Shown here one piece after another: positions 48,104 to 57,844 of a DNA stretch of 64,000 bases. Position numbers and translations under genes: made by a program. This stretch comes from Methylococcales bacterium (GTDB taxonomy: Bacteria > Pseudomonadota > Gammaproteobacteria > Methylococcales > Methylomonadaceae), in NCBI GenBank assembly GCA_037133675.1, contig JBAXNR010000011.1, positions 1,197 to 65,196 on the forward strand. Direction: 5' to 3'. Positions within the stretch are counted from its first letter, which is position 1; each line of letters starts with the position of its first letter. A model generated the notes under the pieces. The model was not told where the DNA came from. It saw only the letters and a program-made list of their open reading frames with translations, and made no database searches.

Positions 48104-48861
48104 GTGTAAGCTGTGCTATCGAATTGAAACACCTGTGGACGCATTTTGGTGATAAAGTCATTCATCAAGACCTTAATTTGTGTTTGCCCGCAGGGGAAAT
48201 ACTAGGCTTGGTGGGCGCGTCTGGCTGTGGTAAAACCACGTTGTTGCGCGAAATTATCGGTTTGCATTCACCTAGTCAAGGTGAGATTTTCGTCTTGGGA
48301 CAATCTATCAGTGAAGCGAATCAGGGGCAAACGTTACTCAGTAGTTTCGGAGTATTATTTCAAAAAGGCGCGTTATTTAGTGCGTTGAATGTATTTGATA
48401 ATATCGCTTTTCCGCTACGCGAATTGGGCTTTCATGATGAAAACATCGTGCATCGATTAGTATTTATGAAGCTTATTATGGTGGGATTAACTGAAAGTGA
48501 TGCACGCTTAATGCCAGCGGATTTATCTGGCGGTATGATTAAACGCGTGGCATTGGCACGGGCATTGATTTTAGAACCGAGTATATTGTTGTTAGATGAG
48601 CCTACTGCGGGCTTAGACCCGATTGCCAGTCAAGATTTTGTTGATTTACTCGCTGAACTGCATAAAGAACTTAATTTCACCGCAGTGATGGTCACGCATG
48701 ATTTAGATATTCTGCGTGATTTATGTACTAAAGTGGCGGTATTAGCGGAGCATCAGCTCGTGGCTTTTGGAACGCTAGATGGTGTGTTGGCGTGTCAACA
48801 TACCTTTGTTAAGCAATTTTTTCACAATAAACGCGCTGAACGAGTATTTCGTTATGGGTAG
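48100..48861 (+). CDS. ABC transporter ATP-binding protein (MlaF-like)
   Basis: Contains GASGCGKTT, LSGGMIKRVALARAL and LLLDEPTAGLD. It overlaps the permease stop. Confidence 0.9.
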   Translation: MSVSCAIELKHLWTHFGDKVIHQDLNLCLPAGEILGLVGASGCGKTTLLREIIGLHSPSQGEIFVLGQSISEANQGQTLLSSFGVLFQKGALFSALNVFDNIAFPLRELGFHDENIVHRLVFMKLIMVGLTESDARLMPADLSGGMIKRVALARALILEPSILLLDEPTAGLDPIASQDFVDLLAELHKELNFTAVMVTHDLDILRDLCTKVAVLAEHQLVAFGTLDGVLACQHTFVKQFFHNKRAERVFRYG

Positions 48862-49792
48862 AAATAATCACGCATTAATGACAGGTTTATTTTTGTTGGT
48901 GCTAGCCATTATCACCGCTGTCATTATTTTTTGGATGGGGCATTTCGATAGAAAGCGGGATATTTACACTATTGCTACACGTGCGTCAGTGTCAGGGCTT
49001 AATCCGCAATCAACAGTATTCTTTCGTGGCATTGAGGTTGGTAAAGTCATCAGTGTGCAGTTTGATCCCAATGACTCAGGTATTATTTTGGTGCCGATTG
49101 AAGTTGATACCAAAATTGTACTCACCAAAGGCGTTTATGCAACCCTGCGCTTAAAAGGCGTGACGGGGTTAACTCAAATTGAATTAGCCGATGAAGGTAA
49201 AATTACCGAACGCTTACCCGCTAATAACAGTGATACCGCTAATCGTATTCCTTTACGCCCTTCAATCACCGACAAATTATTAGACTCAGGTGAACGCTTG
49301 TTGGCAAAAGCCGATATTATAATGACGCGCTTGGATGGCTTATTAACTGATGAAAACACCGAAAATATCGGCGATATTTTGGGAAATCTAAAAACGCTCA
49401 GCCAAAAATTGAACGATTTGAATAAAAGTATCAATACCGCACTGGCAGGTGTTCCCGCCTTAACCCACGATGCCCAAGATACCTTAAAACACATCAATCA
49501 TTTAACCAATGAATTACAAACCTTAAGCAAAGAACTGCGCGTATTGAGCTTTAAAACAGGCAACTTTACCGATAAAGCAGGGCAGTTTGCGGATACGGGC
49601 AAAAACATAGGCGATATGATGATGCAATCCACCTTACCCAAAATGAACACACTGCTAACAGAATTACAATCGACTTCACAACAGGTGAAAAGTACGGCTA
49701 CCTTACTAGAAAATAACCCCCAGTCACTGTTACTAGGGCCTAAGTCCTCAGAACCAGGACCAGGTGAAGCGGGTTATGAGGAGAGCAAATGA
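48854..49792 (+). CDS. MCE/MlaD-family substrate-binding protein with a long helical C-terminus
   Basis: ATG 48854 overlaps the ATPase stop (ATGGGTAG). It has an N-terminal TM and an MCE core (FFRGIEVGKVISVQFDP...). The coiled tail is as in PqiB/Mce-like proteins. Confidence 0.85.
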   Translation: MGRNNHALMTGLFLLVLAIITAVIIFWMGHFDRKRDIYTIATRASVSGLNPQSTVFFRGIEVGKVISVQFDPNDSGIILVPIEVDTKIVLTKGVYATLRLKGVTGLTQIELADEGKITERLPANNSDTANRIPLRPSITDKLLDSGERLLAKADIIMTRLDGLLTDENTENIGDILGNLKTLSQKLNDLNKSINTALAGVPALTHDAQDTLKHINHLTNELQTLSKELRVLSFKTGNFTDKAGQFADTGKNIGDMMMQSTLPKMNTLLTELQSTSQQVKSTATLLENNPQSLLLGPKSSEPGPGEAGYEESK

Positions 49793-50331
49793 AACACTTA
49801 GTTATTGGGTTAATAATCCTGCTTAGCGCGGCGTGTAGTTTCACTAACAAGCAACCTGCACGGCATGATTTTGGTTTATATACTTTGCCAACAGGGACAC
49901 AATCACTGGAAAAATCAGAGGTTAGCATTGATTCACCCGCATGGCTTGCCAATGAATGTATTCAGTTTCGCTTACTTTATTCTGAACCCACACGGTTACG
50001 CTGTTACAGTTTAGATCAATGGATCGCGCCACCGTCCGAATTGTTTAAACAACAATTACAAACTAGCATGAACCCCACAAAACAGCGATTACAGATTCAA
50101 CTACTCAATTTTGAACAGCAATTCGATAGCCCGAAGCAAGCGCGAGTCGTGCTAGCTATGGTAGTTAATGCTTACCAGCCACAGAGCGATCGTCTTATTG
50201 CAACGCAAATTTTTAAATTAGAACAGGCTAGCGCAAGCCCAGACGCGGCAGGAGCTGTGCTAGGATTTACACAATTAACGCGCCTAGCAACCGATAAAAT
50301 TCAGCATTGGTTGATAAATTTAGCTAACTAA
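49789..50331 (+). CDS. ABC-transport auxiliary lipoprotein (PqiC/DUF330-like)
   Basis: 180 aa with the lipobox LLSAAC. It overlaps the MCE gene stop, which is the usual fourth gene of such operons. Confidence 0.7.
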   Translation: MKHLVIGLIILLSAACSFTNKQPARHDFGLYTLPTGTQSLEKSEVSIDSPAWLANECIQFRLLYSEPTRLRCYSLDQWIAPPSELFKQQLQTSMNPTKQRLQIQLLNFEQQFDSPKQARVVLAMVVNAYQPQSDRLIATQIFKLEQASASPDAAGAVLGFTQLTRLATDKIQHWLINLAN

Positions 50332-50353
50332 ATTATTAACTATCGACAACAAC

Positions 50354-50384
50354 TTGATTTTTGAAATACTACATTGGGTATAAT
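50354..50384 (+). promoter_or_regulatory. Possible sigma70 promoter for kup (TTGATT-19 nt-TATAAT)
   Basis: A hexamer at 50354..50359 and a perfect -10 at 50379..50384 are present. The 19-nt spacer is longer than optimal. Confidence 0.3.
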
Positions 50385-50423
50385 TCCCAGTTAACACCTA
50401 CAAACCCTTATTAATGCACAGAT

Positions 50424-52310
50424 ATGTCCACATCCAGCACATCTCATTCTAAAAATCATCTAATACAAATGTCCCTAGGCGCGATAGGCGTAGTCTTTGG
50501 TGATATTGGTACTAGCCCGTTATATGCAGTTAAAGAAGTTTTTGGCGATCATTTACAGATTGATAGAATCCATGTATTAGGGGTGTTATCGCTGATTCTT
50601 TGGTCATTATCCTTAGTGGTTGCCATTAAATACGCCACCTTTATTATGCGAGCGAATAATAAAGGCGAAGGCGGAATCATGGCACTGATGTCCTTAGCGT
50701 TGAACAGCTCCAAAGATTCGCTCAAACTTAAAGGCTTTATTTTGACCATTGGTTTATTTGGTGCTGCCTTATTTTATGGCGACGGCATTATCACGCCTGC
50801 TATTTCGGTATTAAGTGCGGTTGAAGGTTTGCAAATTGTAGCCCCTAAATCCAGTCATTATGTGCTACCCATTACTATTGCGGTACTGGGTGGCTTATTT
50901 GTTTTGCAAGCCAAGGGAACAGGAAAAGTCGGCATTTTATTTATGCCGATTATGTGTATTTGGTTTACGGTTCTTGCTGTTTTGGGAGTTATCAATATCC
51001 TTAAAGTACCCGATGTACTCATGGCAGTTAACCCCTATTATGCGGTACATTTATTAATTGAACTCGGATGGAAAGGTTTGTTAATTATGGGTTCGGTGGT
51101 GTTGGCAATCACAGGCGCGGAAGCATTATATGCAGATATGGGACATTTTGGTTTAAAGCCGATTCGTTATGCGTGGTTTGGTTTTGTGTTTCCCGCCCTG
51201 TTACTGAATTATTTTGGACAAGGCGCGTTATTACTAGAGCATCCTGAAGCAGTAAAAAATCCATTTTATTTATTAGCTCCCCATTGGGCAATGTATCCGC
51301 TATTAGTATTGGCAACATTTGCCTCAGTAATTGCCTCGCAAGCCGTTATTTCAGGTGCGTTTTCGGTGACTAGGCAAGCGATACAATTAGGCTATTGTCC
51401 GCGCATGAAAATCTTGCACACCTCAGGGCGAGAAATTGGACAAGTGTATTTGCCGACCGTTAACTGGTTATTGATGGTCTGCGTATTTGTTGTGGTATTG
51501 AGCTTTCAATCCTCATCCGCACTGGCTTCCGCTTACGGTATCGCGGTGACAGGGACGATGATTATCGATACCGTATTAGCGTTTATAGTCATCCAGAGAC
51601 TATGGCAATGGAAAAAATCAACCAGTATTTTATTTTTAGCCACCTTTTTAACGGTCGATTTTTTATTTCTGTTTGCCAACAGTTTAAAAATTCCCACAGG
51701 CGGCTGGTTGCCGTTAGTAATAGGCGGGGTGTTATTTTTAATTATGACGACATGGATTAAAGGTCGTGCTTTACTTGCCAAGTATGCAGATGAAAATCGG
51801 GTATTGTTTGAGGATTTAGAAGAAAAAGTTCTGCATCATCCAGCGGTTATCACCCAAGGTACGGCGGTTTATTTAGCCAAAACCCTGCATGGTGTGCCGC
51901 AAGTGTTTTTGCATAATTTTGAACATAACCATGTGCTGCATGAACAAATCATCGTGTTGACCATCGTCACCAAAGATGAACCTTATATCGATTATGAACA
52001 CCGTATCAAAATTCGTAATTTCGGTAAAAATCATAATTTTCACCGTATAAAATTTTATTACGGGTTTCAACAAGACCCTGATGTAAGACAAGATTTGGCT
52101 CTTTGTGCGAAAGCAGGTATCGATTTGGATTTTAATAACACCTCATTTTTTATTGGTAGTGAACAACTTACTTTCAAAAAAAGAACCCCGTTACCCGAAT
52201 GGCGCAAATCCTTGTTTTTATTTTTATTTAACAATGCCGCCAGTGCGATAGACTTTTTTAGAATCCCTGTTGAGCGGGTGATCGAACTTGGTATTCGTAT
52301 TGATCTTTAA
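50424..52310 (+). CDS. kup: Potassium uptake protein Kup
   Basis: Contains GVVFGDIGTSPLY; 12-TM core plus a cytoplasmic C-terminal domain; 628 aa. Confidence 0.95.
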   Translation: MSTSSTSHSKNHLIQMSLGAIGVVFGDIGTSPLYAVKEVFGDHLQIDRIHVLGVLSLILWSLSLVVAIKYATFIMRANNKGEGGIMALMSLALNSSKDSLKLKGFILTIGLFGAALFYGDGIITPAISVLSAVEGLQIVAPKSSHYVLPITIAVLGGLFVLQAKGTGKVGILFMPIMCIWFTVLAVLGVINILKVPDVLMAVNPYYAVHLLIELGWKGLLIMGSVVLAITGAEALYADMGHFGLKPIRYAWFGFVFPALLLNYFGQGALLLEHPEAVKNPFYLLAPHWAMYPLLVLATFASVIASQAVISGAFSVTRQAIQLGYCPRMKILHTSGREIGQVYLPTVNWLLMVCVFVVVLSFQSSSALASAYGIAVTGTMIIDTVLAFIVIQRLWQWKKSTSILFLATFLTVDFLFLFANSLKIPTGGWLPLVIGGVLFLIMTTWIKGRALLAKYADENRVLFEDLEEKVLHHPAVITQGTAVYLAKTLHGVPQVFLHNFEHNHVLHEQIIVLTIVTKDEPYIDYEHRIKIRNFGKNHNFHRIKFYYGFQQDPDVRQDLALCAKAGIDLDFNNTSFFIGSEQLTFKKRTPLPEWRKSLFLFLFNNAASAIDFFRIPVERVIELGIRIDL

Positions 52311-52331
52311 TTTAGACACAGACAACTCTCT

Positions 52332-55300
52332 ATGAATGTAATACATGGTGCGTGGGTTCCAAAAGACTCACAAGACTTTATTCAATCGGGCGATTTTTAC
52401 CTGTGGGTGGAAAGTGATGACGTTAAACAGCGGGGTAAAATCCCACTACATCCACAGCACCTATCTGAAAAACACTGCTTAGAATTCTTAAAAACTGAGT
52501 TAATGCTCAGCCCCATTAGTGCAGGGCAAGGCAGATTGCTGTCACTGCTTTTACCGACTGTTACAGATAAACCACTGCCATCACCTGAATTACAATCTGT
52601 TGAAGTAGACGAGACCATCATTTTACAAGATTGGCAGGTGTACGCTTATCCGTTATCCAAACCACTAAAAGCCATTAACAATATTCATTTTTTGTGTTGC
52701 TATCAGGTTATTAATAGCCATATCGGCAGTGATTTCTTATTCTGGTATTACTTTAGCCAATCGTTAAAACAACAAATACTTAAAGATCAGTATATTCCGC
52801 TACTATTAAGCCGAAAATCGGGCAAAAATAATGAGTTGTATCGACGGTGGCAAGCGGTGTCCAGCAACTATGAGGGTTTGATACAAACAGCGATTACCCA
52901 AATGCCGCTGGCTTGTAGTCAACACTATCAACCTGAATCCTTGCTACGCCATTTTGCCGAAGTCGTCATTAATGAATTGCTTAGCACCGCTGCACTTGAT
53001 ATGCCGCAAGTGTTTACTAATAAAATTCGGCACGCTTTTTTGGATACCATGCTGTTGCAAAAACAAACAGCAAAGCCGCTTCAAACCTGTCAAAATCTGC
53101 CTGATGACTATAAATACTGGCATCAATGGCAACAAAAACTATTGGGTACTGAGGCAAAAAGCAGCTTACAACTAGGCTTGCAATTGCTTGAAGCTGATCC
53201 AGACAATGTTGATCAATGGCGTTTAGTGTTCTTTTTATCCTCACACCAAGACCCCTCGCTTAAATTAGATTTGGCTGATTTTTGGGCGCACAAAAAACAC
53301 TTTTATAAAATGCTACAGTCGCAGTTCGGCGACACGATTGAACAGCAGATATTAGTTAATTTAGCCCAGGCTGCTAGTATTTATGCAAAATTATGGCAAG
53401 GCATGGAAGATAGCGAACCCAGTCACGTTCTGCTTGATTTGAATGAAGCCTTTGAATTTTTGAAAGAAAGCGCGTGGATATTGGAAGATGCTGGTTTTAA
53501 AATTATTATTCCCGCATGGCTAACGCCTAAAGGTCGTCGCCGTGCAAAAATTCGTTTGCGTAGTTCTGGAAAAAGTAAATCGGTGACCGCCAGTGCAGGT
53601 GGCTATTTTTCGATGAGTACACTGACCGATTACCAATACCAGCTTGCCATCGGTGATGAAGCCTTAAGCCCTGAAGAATGGCAACAGCTAGTCGATAGTA
53701 AAGCCCCATTGATTCATTTTCGTGGTCAATGGATGGAGCTAGACCGCGATAAAATGCAGGAAATGCTGATATTGTTGCAGCAACAAAATGACAATCCACC
53801 AGAGCTGTCAGTTGCTGACTTATTGAAAAAGATCGCCGAACAAGCCGATGAATTTGAACTGGACAGCCAAGACAGTCTGGCACTTATGTTGGCAAAATTA
53901 TCCGATGATAGCCAATTAGAGCCGATAGCCAATCCTGAACAACTCAAGGCAGAACTGCGAGAATATCAAAAACGCGGTGTGGCATGGTTGTGTTATTTGG
54001 AAAGCTTGGGCTTAAACGGTTGTTTAGCCGATGACATGGGGTTAGGGAAAACCATGCAGGTTATTAGCCTGTTAATTTTAGAACGCGAACAAAATCAGCC
54101 CGCGCCAACTTTATTGATTGCTCCTACTTCTGTCATCGGCAACTGGCAAAAAGAAATTGAAAAATTTGCCCCGCATTTAACGACGTTGATTCATCACGGC
54201 AGTGATCGTGAACAGAATGTCGAAGCTTTTAAGCAACTATGTACACAACATGATTTATTGATTACTTCTTACACACTGGCGCGTAAAGACAGCAAATTAC
54301 TGGGCGCGTTACACTGGCGGCGAATTGTTCTCGATGAAGCGCAAAACATCAAAAATCCTAAAGCCGCGCAAACCACCGCTATTTTAAAGCTCAGTGCCGA
54401 TTCCCGTTTAGCGTTGACAGGTACGCCCGTAGAAAACCGTTTAATGGATTTATGGTCGATTTTTAACTTTCTGAATCCAAACTATTTAGGCAAACAAGCG
54501 CAATTTCGCAAAATTTACGAGTTACCCATACAGCGTGATAATGATCCAATTCAATCAACAATCTTGAAAAAACTTATCCAGCCGTTTATTTTACGGCGAT
54601 TAAAAACCGATAAAAATATCATCAAAGACCTACCCGACAAAATCGATAACAAGGTTTATTGTAATCTCAGCAAAGAACAAGCTTCCTTGTATGAAGTCGT
54701 AGTTAAAGACGTGGTCGCGCAATTGGAAGATTCTGAGGGTATTCAACGACAAGGCTTAATGCTTTCCACCTTGATGAAACTCAAACAAATCTGCAATCAT
54801 CCGATGCAGTTTTTACAAGATGGTAGTGCTTTTACACCTGAGCGTTCGCACAAACTGGAACGGTTTAGCGAAATGCTTGAAGAAGCCATGCAGGAAGGCG
54901 ATAGCGTCTTAGTCTTTACCCAATTTACCGAAATAGCCGAACAACTGGAACGCTATCTGGCAAAAGAAAAACGCTACAAAACCCATTATTTACATGGCGG
55001 TACACCGCGAGCAAAACGCGAATTGATGATTGCTGATTTTCAAAACCCAGACTCAGGTGCGGCGGCGTTTATTTTATCGCTCAAAGCGGGCGGTGTCGGT
55101 ATCACCTTAACCCAAGCCAATCATGTGTTTCATTTTGACCGTTGGTGGAATCCAGCCGTTGAAAACCAAGCTACAGACCGCGCTTTTCGTATTGGTCAGA
55201 AAAAAAATGTTTTCGTGCATAAATTCATCACCTTAGGCACCTTAGAAGAACGCATCGACCTTATGATTAGTGACAAGCAAAAAATGGCGGATAGCATCGT

Positions 55301-55391
55301 TGGCAATGATGAAAGTTGGCTAACCAAGCTCGATAATCAAGCATTTAAAGAACTAATCGCCCTCAATAAACGCAGCATTATGGAAAACTGA
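52332..55391 (+). CDS. SNF2-family helicase/translocase with a ~540-aa N-terminal SNF2-associated region (YwqA-like)
   Basis: Contains LADDMGLGKT (I), VLDEAQNIKN (II), LTGTPVENRL (III) and QATDRAFRIGQ (VI). Confidence 0.9.
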   Translation: MNVIHGAWVPKDSQDFIQSGDFYLWVESDDVKQRGKIPLHPQHLSEKHCLEFLKTELMLSPISAGQGRLLSLLLPTVTDKPLPSPELQSVEVDETIILQDWQVYAYPLSKPLKAINNIHFLCCYQVINSHIGSDFLFWYYFSQSLKQQILKDQYIPLLLSRKSGKNNELYRRWQAVSSNYEGLIQTAITQMPLACSQHYQPESLLRHFAEVVINELLSTAALDMPQVFTNKIRHAFLDTMLLQKQTAKPLQTCQNLPDDYKYWHQWQQKLLGTEAKSSLQLGLQLLEADPDNVDQWRLVFFLSSHQDPSLKLDLADFWAHKKHFYKMLQSQFGDTIEQQILVNLAQAASIYAKLWQGMEDSEPSHVLLDLNEAFEFLKESAWILEDAGFKIIIPAWLTPKGRRRAKIRLRSSGKSKSVTASAGGYFSMSTLTDYQYQLAIGDEALSPEEWQQLVDSKAPLIHFRGQWMELDRDKMQEMLILLQQQNDNPPELSVADLLKKIAEQADEFELDSQDSLALMLAKLSDDSQLEPIANPEQLKAELREYQKRGVAWLCYLESLGLNGCLADDMGLGKTMQVISLLILEREQNQPAPTLLIAPTSVIGNWQKEIEKFAPHLTTLIHHGSDREQNVEAFKQLCTQHDLLITSYTLARKDSKLLGALHWRRIVLDEAQNIKNPKAAQTTAILKLSADSRLALTGTPVENRLMDLWSIFNFLNPNYLGKQAQFRKIYELPIQRDNDPIQSTILKKLIQPFILRRLKTDKNIIKDLPDKIDNKVYCNLSKEQASLYEVVVKDVVAQLEDSEGIQRQGLMLSTLMKLKQICNHPMQFLQDGSAFTPERSHKLERFSEMLEEAMQEGDSVLVFTQFTEIAEQLERYLAKEKRYKTHYLHGGTPRAKRELMIADFQNPDSGAAAFILSLKAGGVGITLTQANHVFHFDRWWNPAVENQATDRAFRIGQKKNVFVHKFITLGTLEERIDLMISDKQKMADSIVGNDESWLTKLDNQAFKELIALNKRSIMEN

Positions 55392-55392
55392 C

Positions 55393-56235
55393 ATGAGCAA
55401 ATATGCAAAAACGTGGTGGGGACAACGATTTATTGAAGCTCTGGAAGACTTTACCGACAGAGGACGTTTGCAACGCGGTCGTTCTTATTCCTCCGATAAC
55501 CGTATCAAACAATGGCTACTAAAAGACGGTAAAGTGAACGCCCAAATACGCGGTAACGTCAATCCCTATTTTGGTGTTTATAAGGAACCGACCTATAAAG
55601 TCAGTGTGCAAATGAGCCATTTATCCGAAGCACAATGGAAAAAAATTATTCAAAAACTCAGTCAAAAAGCCAGTTTTATCTCTCGACTATTATTGAATGA
55701 AATTCCAGAAAACATTGAAACTGTGTTTGAAAGTGTCGGCACGCACCTACTGCCCAATGATTACAAAGATTTTAAAGTAAGCTGTGATTGCCCTGATTAT
55801 GCCGTTCCCTGTAAACATATCGCGGGCATTTGCTATCGTCTAGCAGAAATCATGGACAATGATCCTTTTCTATTATTTGAAATGCGCGGCTTAGCTCCTG
55901 AAAAACTATTGCAACAATTAGCCAACACACCATTAGGAAAAATATTAAGTGATGCGAAAAGCAACGCCACCGTTGAATTAACGCCAGTGAATAGTTTTTA
56001 CACGCGCCCGCTACTCGTTACCAATCCCCCACAACACATCAACCTAAATAACTTTTGGCATGGACAACAACCCTTACCCAAAAGCATAGAACCCAGCACA
56101 CCTGCAATAGTCCCCGCTATGCTCATTAAAAAAGGCGGCGATTTCCCCGCATTTTGGCAAAAACAAAGCTCATTTATTGAAGTCATGGAAGATTTTTATT
56201 CCAGAATGCGTAAGAATGCGTTAAAAGAACTGTGA
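55393..56235 (+). CDS. SWIM zinc-finger protein (YwqB-like)
   Basis: CDCPDYAVPCKHIAGI matches the CxCxnCxH SWIM motif. The start is 1 nt after the SNF2 stop. Confidence 0.85.
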   Translation: MSKYAKTWWGQRFIEALEDFTDRGRLQRGRSYSSDNRIKQWLLKDGKVNAQIRGNVNPYFGVYKEPTYKVSVQMSHLSEAQWKKIIQKLSQKASFISRLLLNEIPENIETVFESVGTHLLPNDYKDFKVSCDCPDYAVPCKHIAGICYRLAEIMDNDPFLLFEMRGLAPEKLLQQLANTPLGKILSDAKSNATVELTPVNSFYTRPLLVTNPPQHINLNNFWHGQQPLPKSIEPSTPAIVPAMLIKKGGDFPAFWQKQSSFIEVMEDFYSRMRKNALKEL

Positions 56236-56539
56236 TTTGAAGTAGCAAGTAGCCCAAGTAAACACTATGAATTTTTAGCGTCCAATTACCAGATAAAATT
56301 TAACATTGTATTCAAACTGGTTTAGCGATACGTTATCGACGGTTTAAGAACACACCGAATAATTAATGAAGCAGCGAGTATTGGCAAAAACCTGGACAAC
56401 GTAGAAATGGAGAATAATCACATCATAATACTCTGAGCTTTAATTCCTTTGCCTCCTAATTTTAAGGTCAGGAGTAAAACTAAAGTTTGACGGGGGATTC
56501 TTATGCCAACTCGATAATAACTTTAGTAGAGGATGTGTT

Positions 56540-57832
56540 ATGCAACAGAACCCTATGACGGTGATAACGGCAATCAAGCCCGATTCACTGCAAGCGTTAA
56601 CAGATTATCTGAAGCCAATTGGCAAAGATATAAAGAAAAATGACGTTATTCAATTTTCCAATTATCAGCAACTACATTACTGTAGTTTTTTTATTATTCC
56701 CAGCAATCATCCGTCAGGCAACCTATCTGCTACGCCTGCTTTATTGGTTTTTGAAGCCAATATTGACGGTGAGGTCAGTACTTTTATCAACGACTTAATT
56801 AACGACAATTCGGTATTTATGAATACCGTTTATGGTTATTGTCAGGATTATCAAGATAATGCCCACCTAGGCTCTTATTTGCTTAGTCATGATTACGGCG
56901 CGAATGCCTTTTATGTCGCCCATCCTGGACAAGCTCGCAATGTCATTTATGAGCAACAACAATTGCGCAAAGACATTGAACAGTATGTTGATGCTAACCG
57001 TTCTACGCTGGTGGAACAGCCCGAAAAAATACGCGAGACTATCGCTAATCATTTTTCTTCTACCAGCAAACCCAAACCACAACCCTTTTTAAACAGCAAT
57101 GGCGACATGATTTTCAAAGCCATATTAGCCGTGTTGGTATTAACCTTATTGGGTGGGCTATTTGGTTTCTTGGGGTCAATAGCGCAAACAATAGCAATCG
57201 CTGTGTTAGTGTTGGCTGCTGTCTATGCGATAGTGCTACGTTCACATGAATCTAGCGATAAGCAAGACAGTAGACCGTGGGAATCGCCCAATGTCAGTGC
57301 CGTTCAAGATGTCGAAGATCGTCAGTTACAAAATCATTTGACCAGTGTAATTGAAATTAAATCAGGCTTTTTTCGGTTACTGACTCTAAAAATTGTGCTG
57401 TTTGGTATCAATCTAGTTGCCAAATTGGTGGCGACTAAAGGTGATCTTAGCGGTATCGTCACCATTCATTTTGCCCGTTGGGTCATTCTACCCGATAAAA
57501 AACGTCTATTGTTTATGAGCAATTATGACGGCAGTTGGGAAAATTATCTGGGTGAGTTTATCGATCATGCTAGCCAAGGGCTAACAGCCGTATGGACTAA
57601 CACCCAATTGGGTGAAAATCGCGGCTTTCCAGATACCAAGTGGCTATTTTTACAAGGAGGTTCACGCGATGAACAACGCTTTAAAGCCTTTGCCCGCAAC
57701 AGTCAGCTAGCCGAATTGATTTGGTACAGTGCCTATCCCGATTTATCGGTTAAAAATATTGGCAATAACCGTAGTAGTCACGAAGGGCTATTCTCTTCTT
57801 CCAATCTGGCTGCTTGGCTTAAATGCTTATAA
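56540..57832 (+). CDS. Membrane-anchored protein with DyP-like ferredoxin-fold halves but no heme motifs
   Basis: 430 aa. Two central TM helices (IFKAILAVLVLTLLGGLFGFLG and IAIAVLVLAAVYAIVL) separate two soluble halves. The C-terminal half contains TIHFARWVILPDKKRLLFMSNYDGSWENYLGEFID. It lacks GxxDG and the proximal His motif. Confidence 0.5.
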   Translation: MQQNPMTVITAIKPDSLQALTDYLKPIGKDIKKNDVIQFSNYQQLHYCSFFIIPSNHPSGNLSATPALLVFEANIDGEVSTFINDLINDNSVFMNTVYGYCQDYQDNAHLGSYLLSHDYGANAFYVAHPGQARNVIYEQQQLRKDIEQYVDANRSTLVEQPEKIRETIANHFSSTSKPKPQPFLNSNGDMIFKAILAVLVLTLLGGLFGFLGSIAQTIAIAVLVLAAVYAIVLRSHESSDKQDSRPWESPNVSAVQDVEDRQLQNHLTSVIEIKSGFFRLLTLKIVLFGINLVAKLVATKGDLSGIVTIHFARWVILPDKKRLLFMSNYDGSWENYLGEFIDHASQGLTAVWTNTQLGENRGFPDTKWLFLQGGSRDEQRFKAFARNSQLAELIWYSAYPDLSVKNIGNNRSSHEGLFSSSNLAAWLKCL

Positions 57833-57844
57833 AGGACATTGACA

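Noticed and set aside
47569-48168. 199-aa minus-strand ORF
   Set aside because: It is antisense to the MlaE-like permease, whose identity is well supported. Long antisense ORFs are common in membrane-protein genes.
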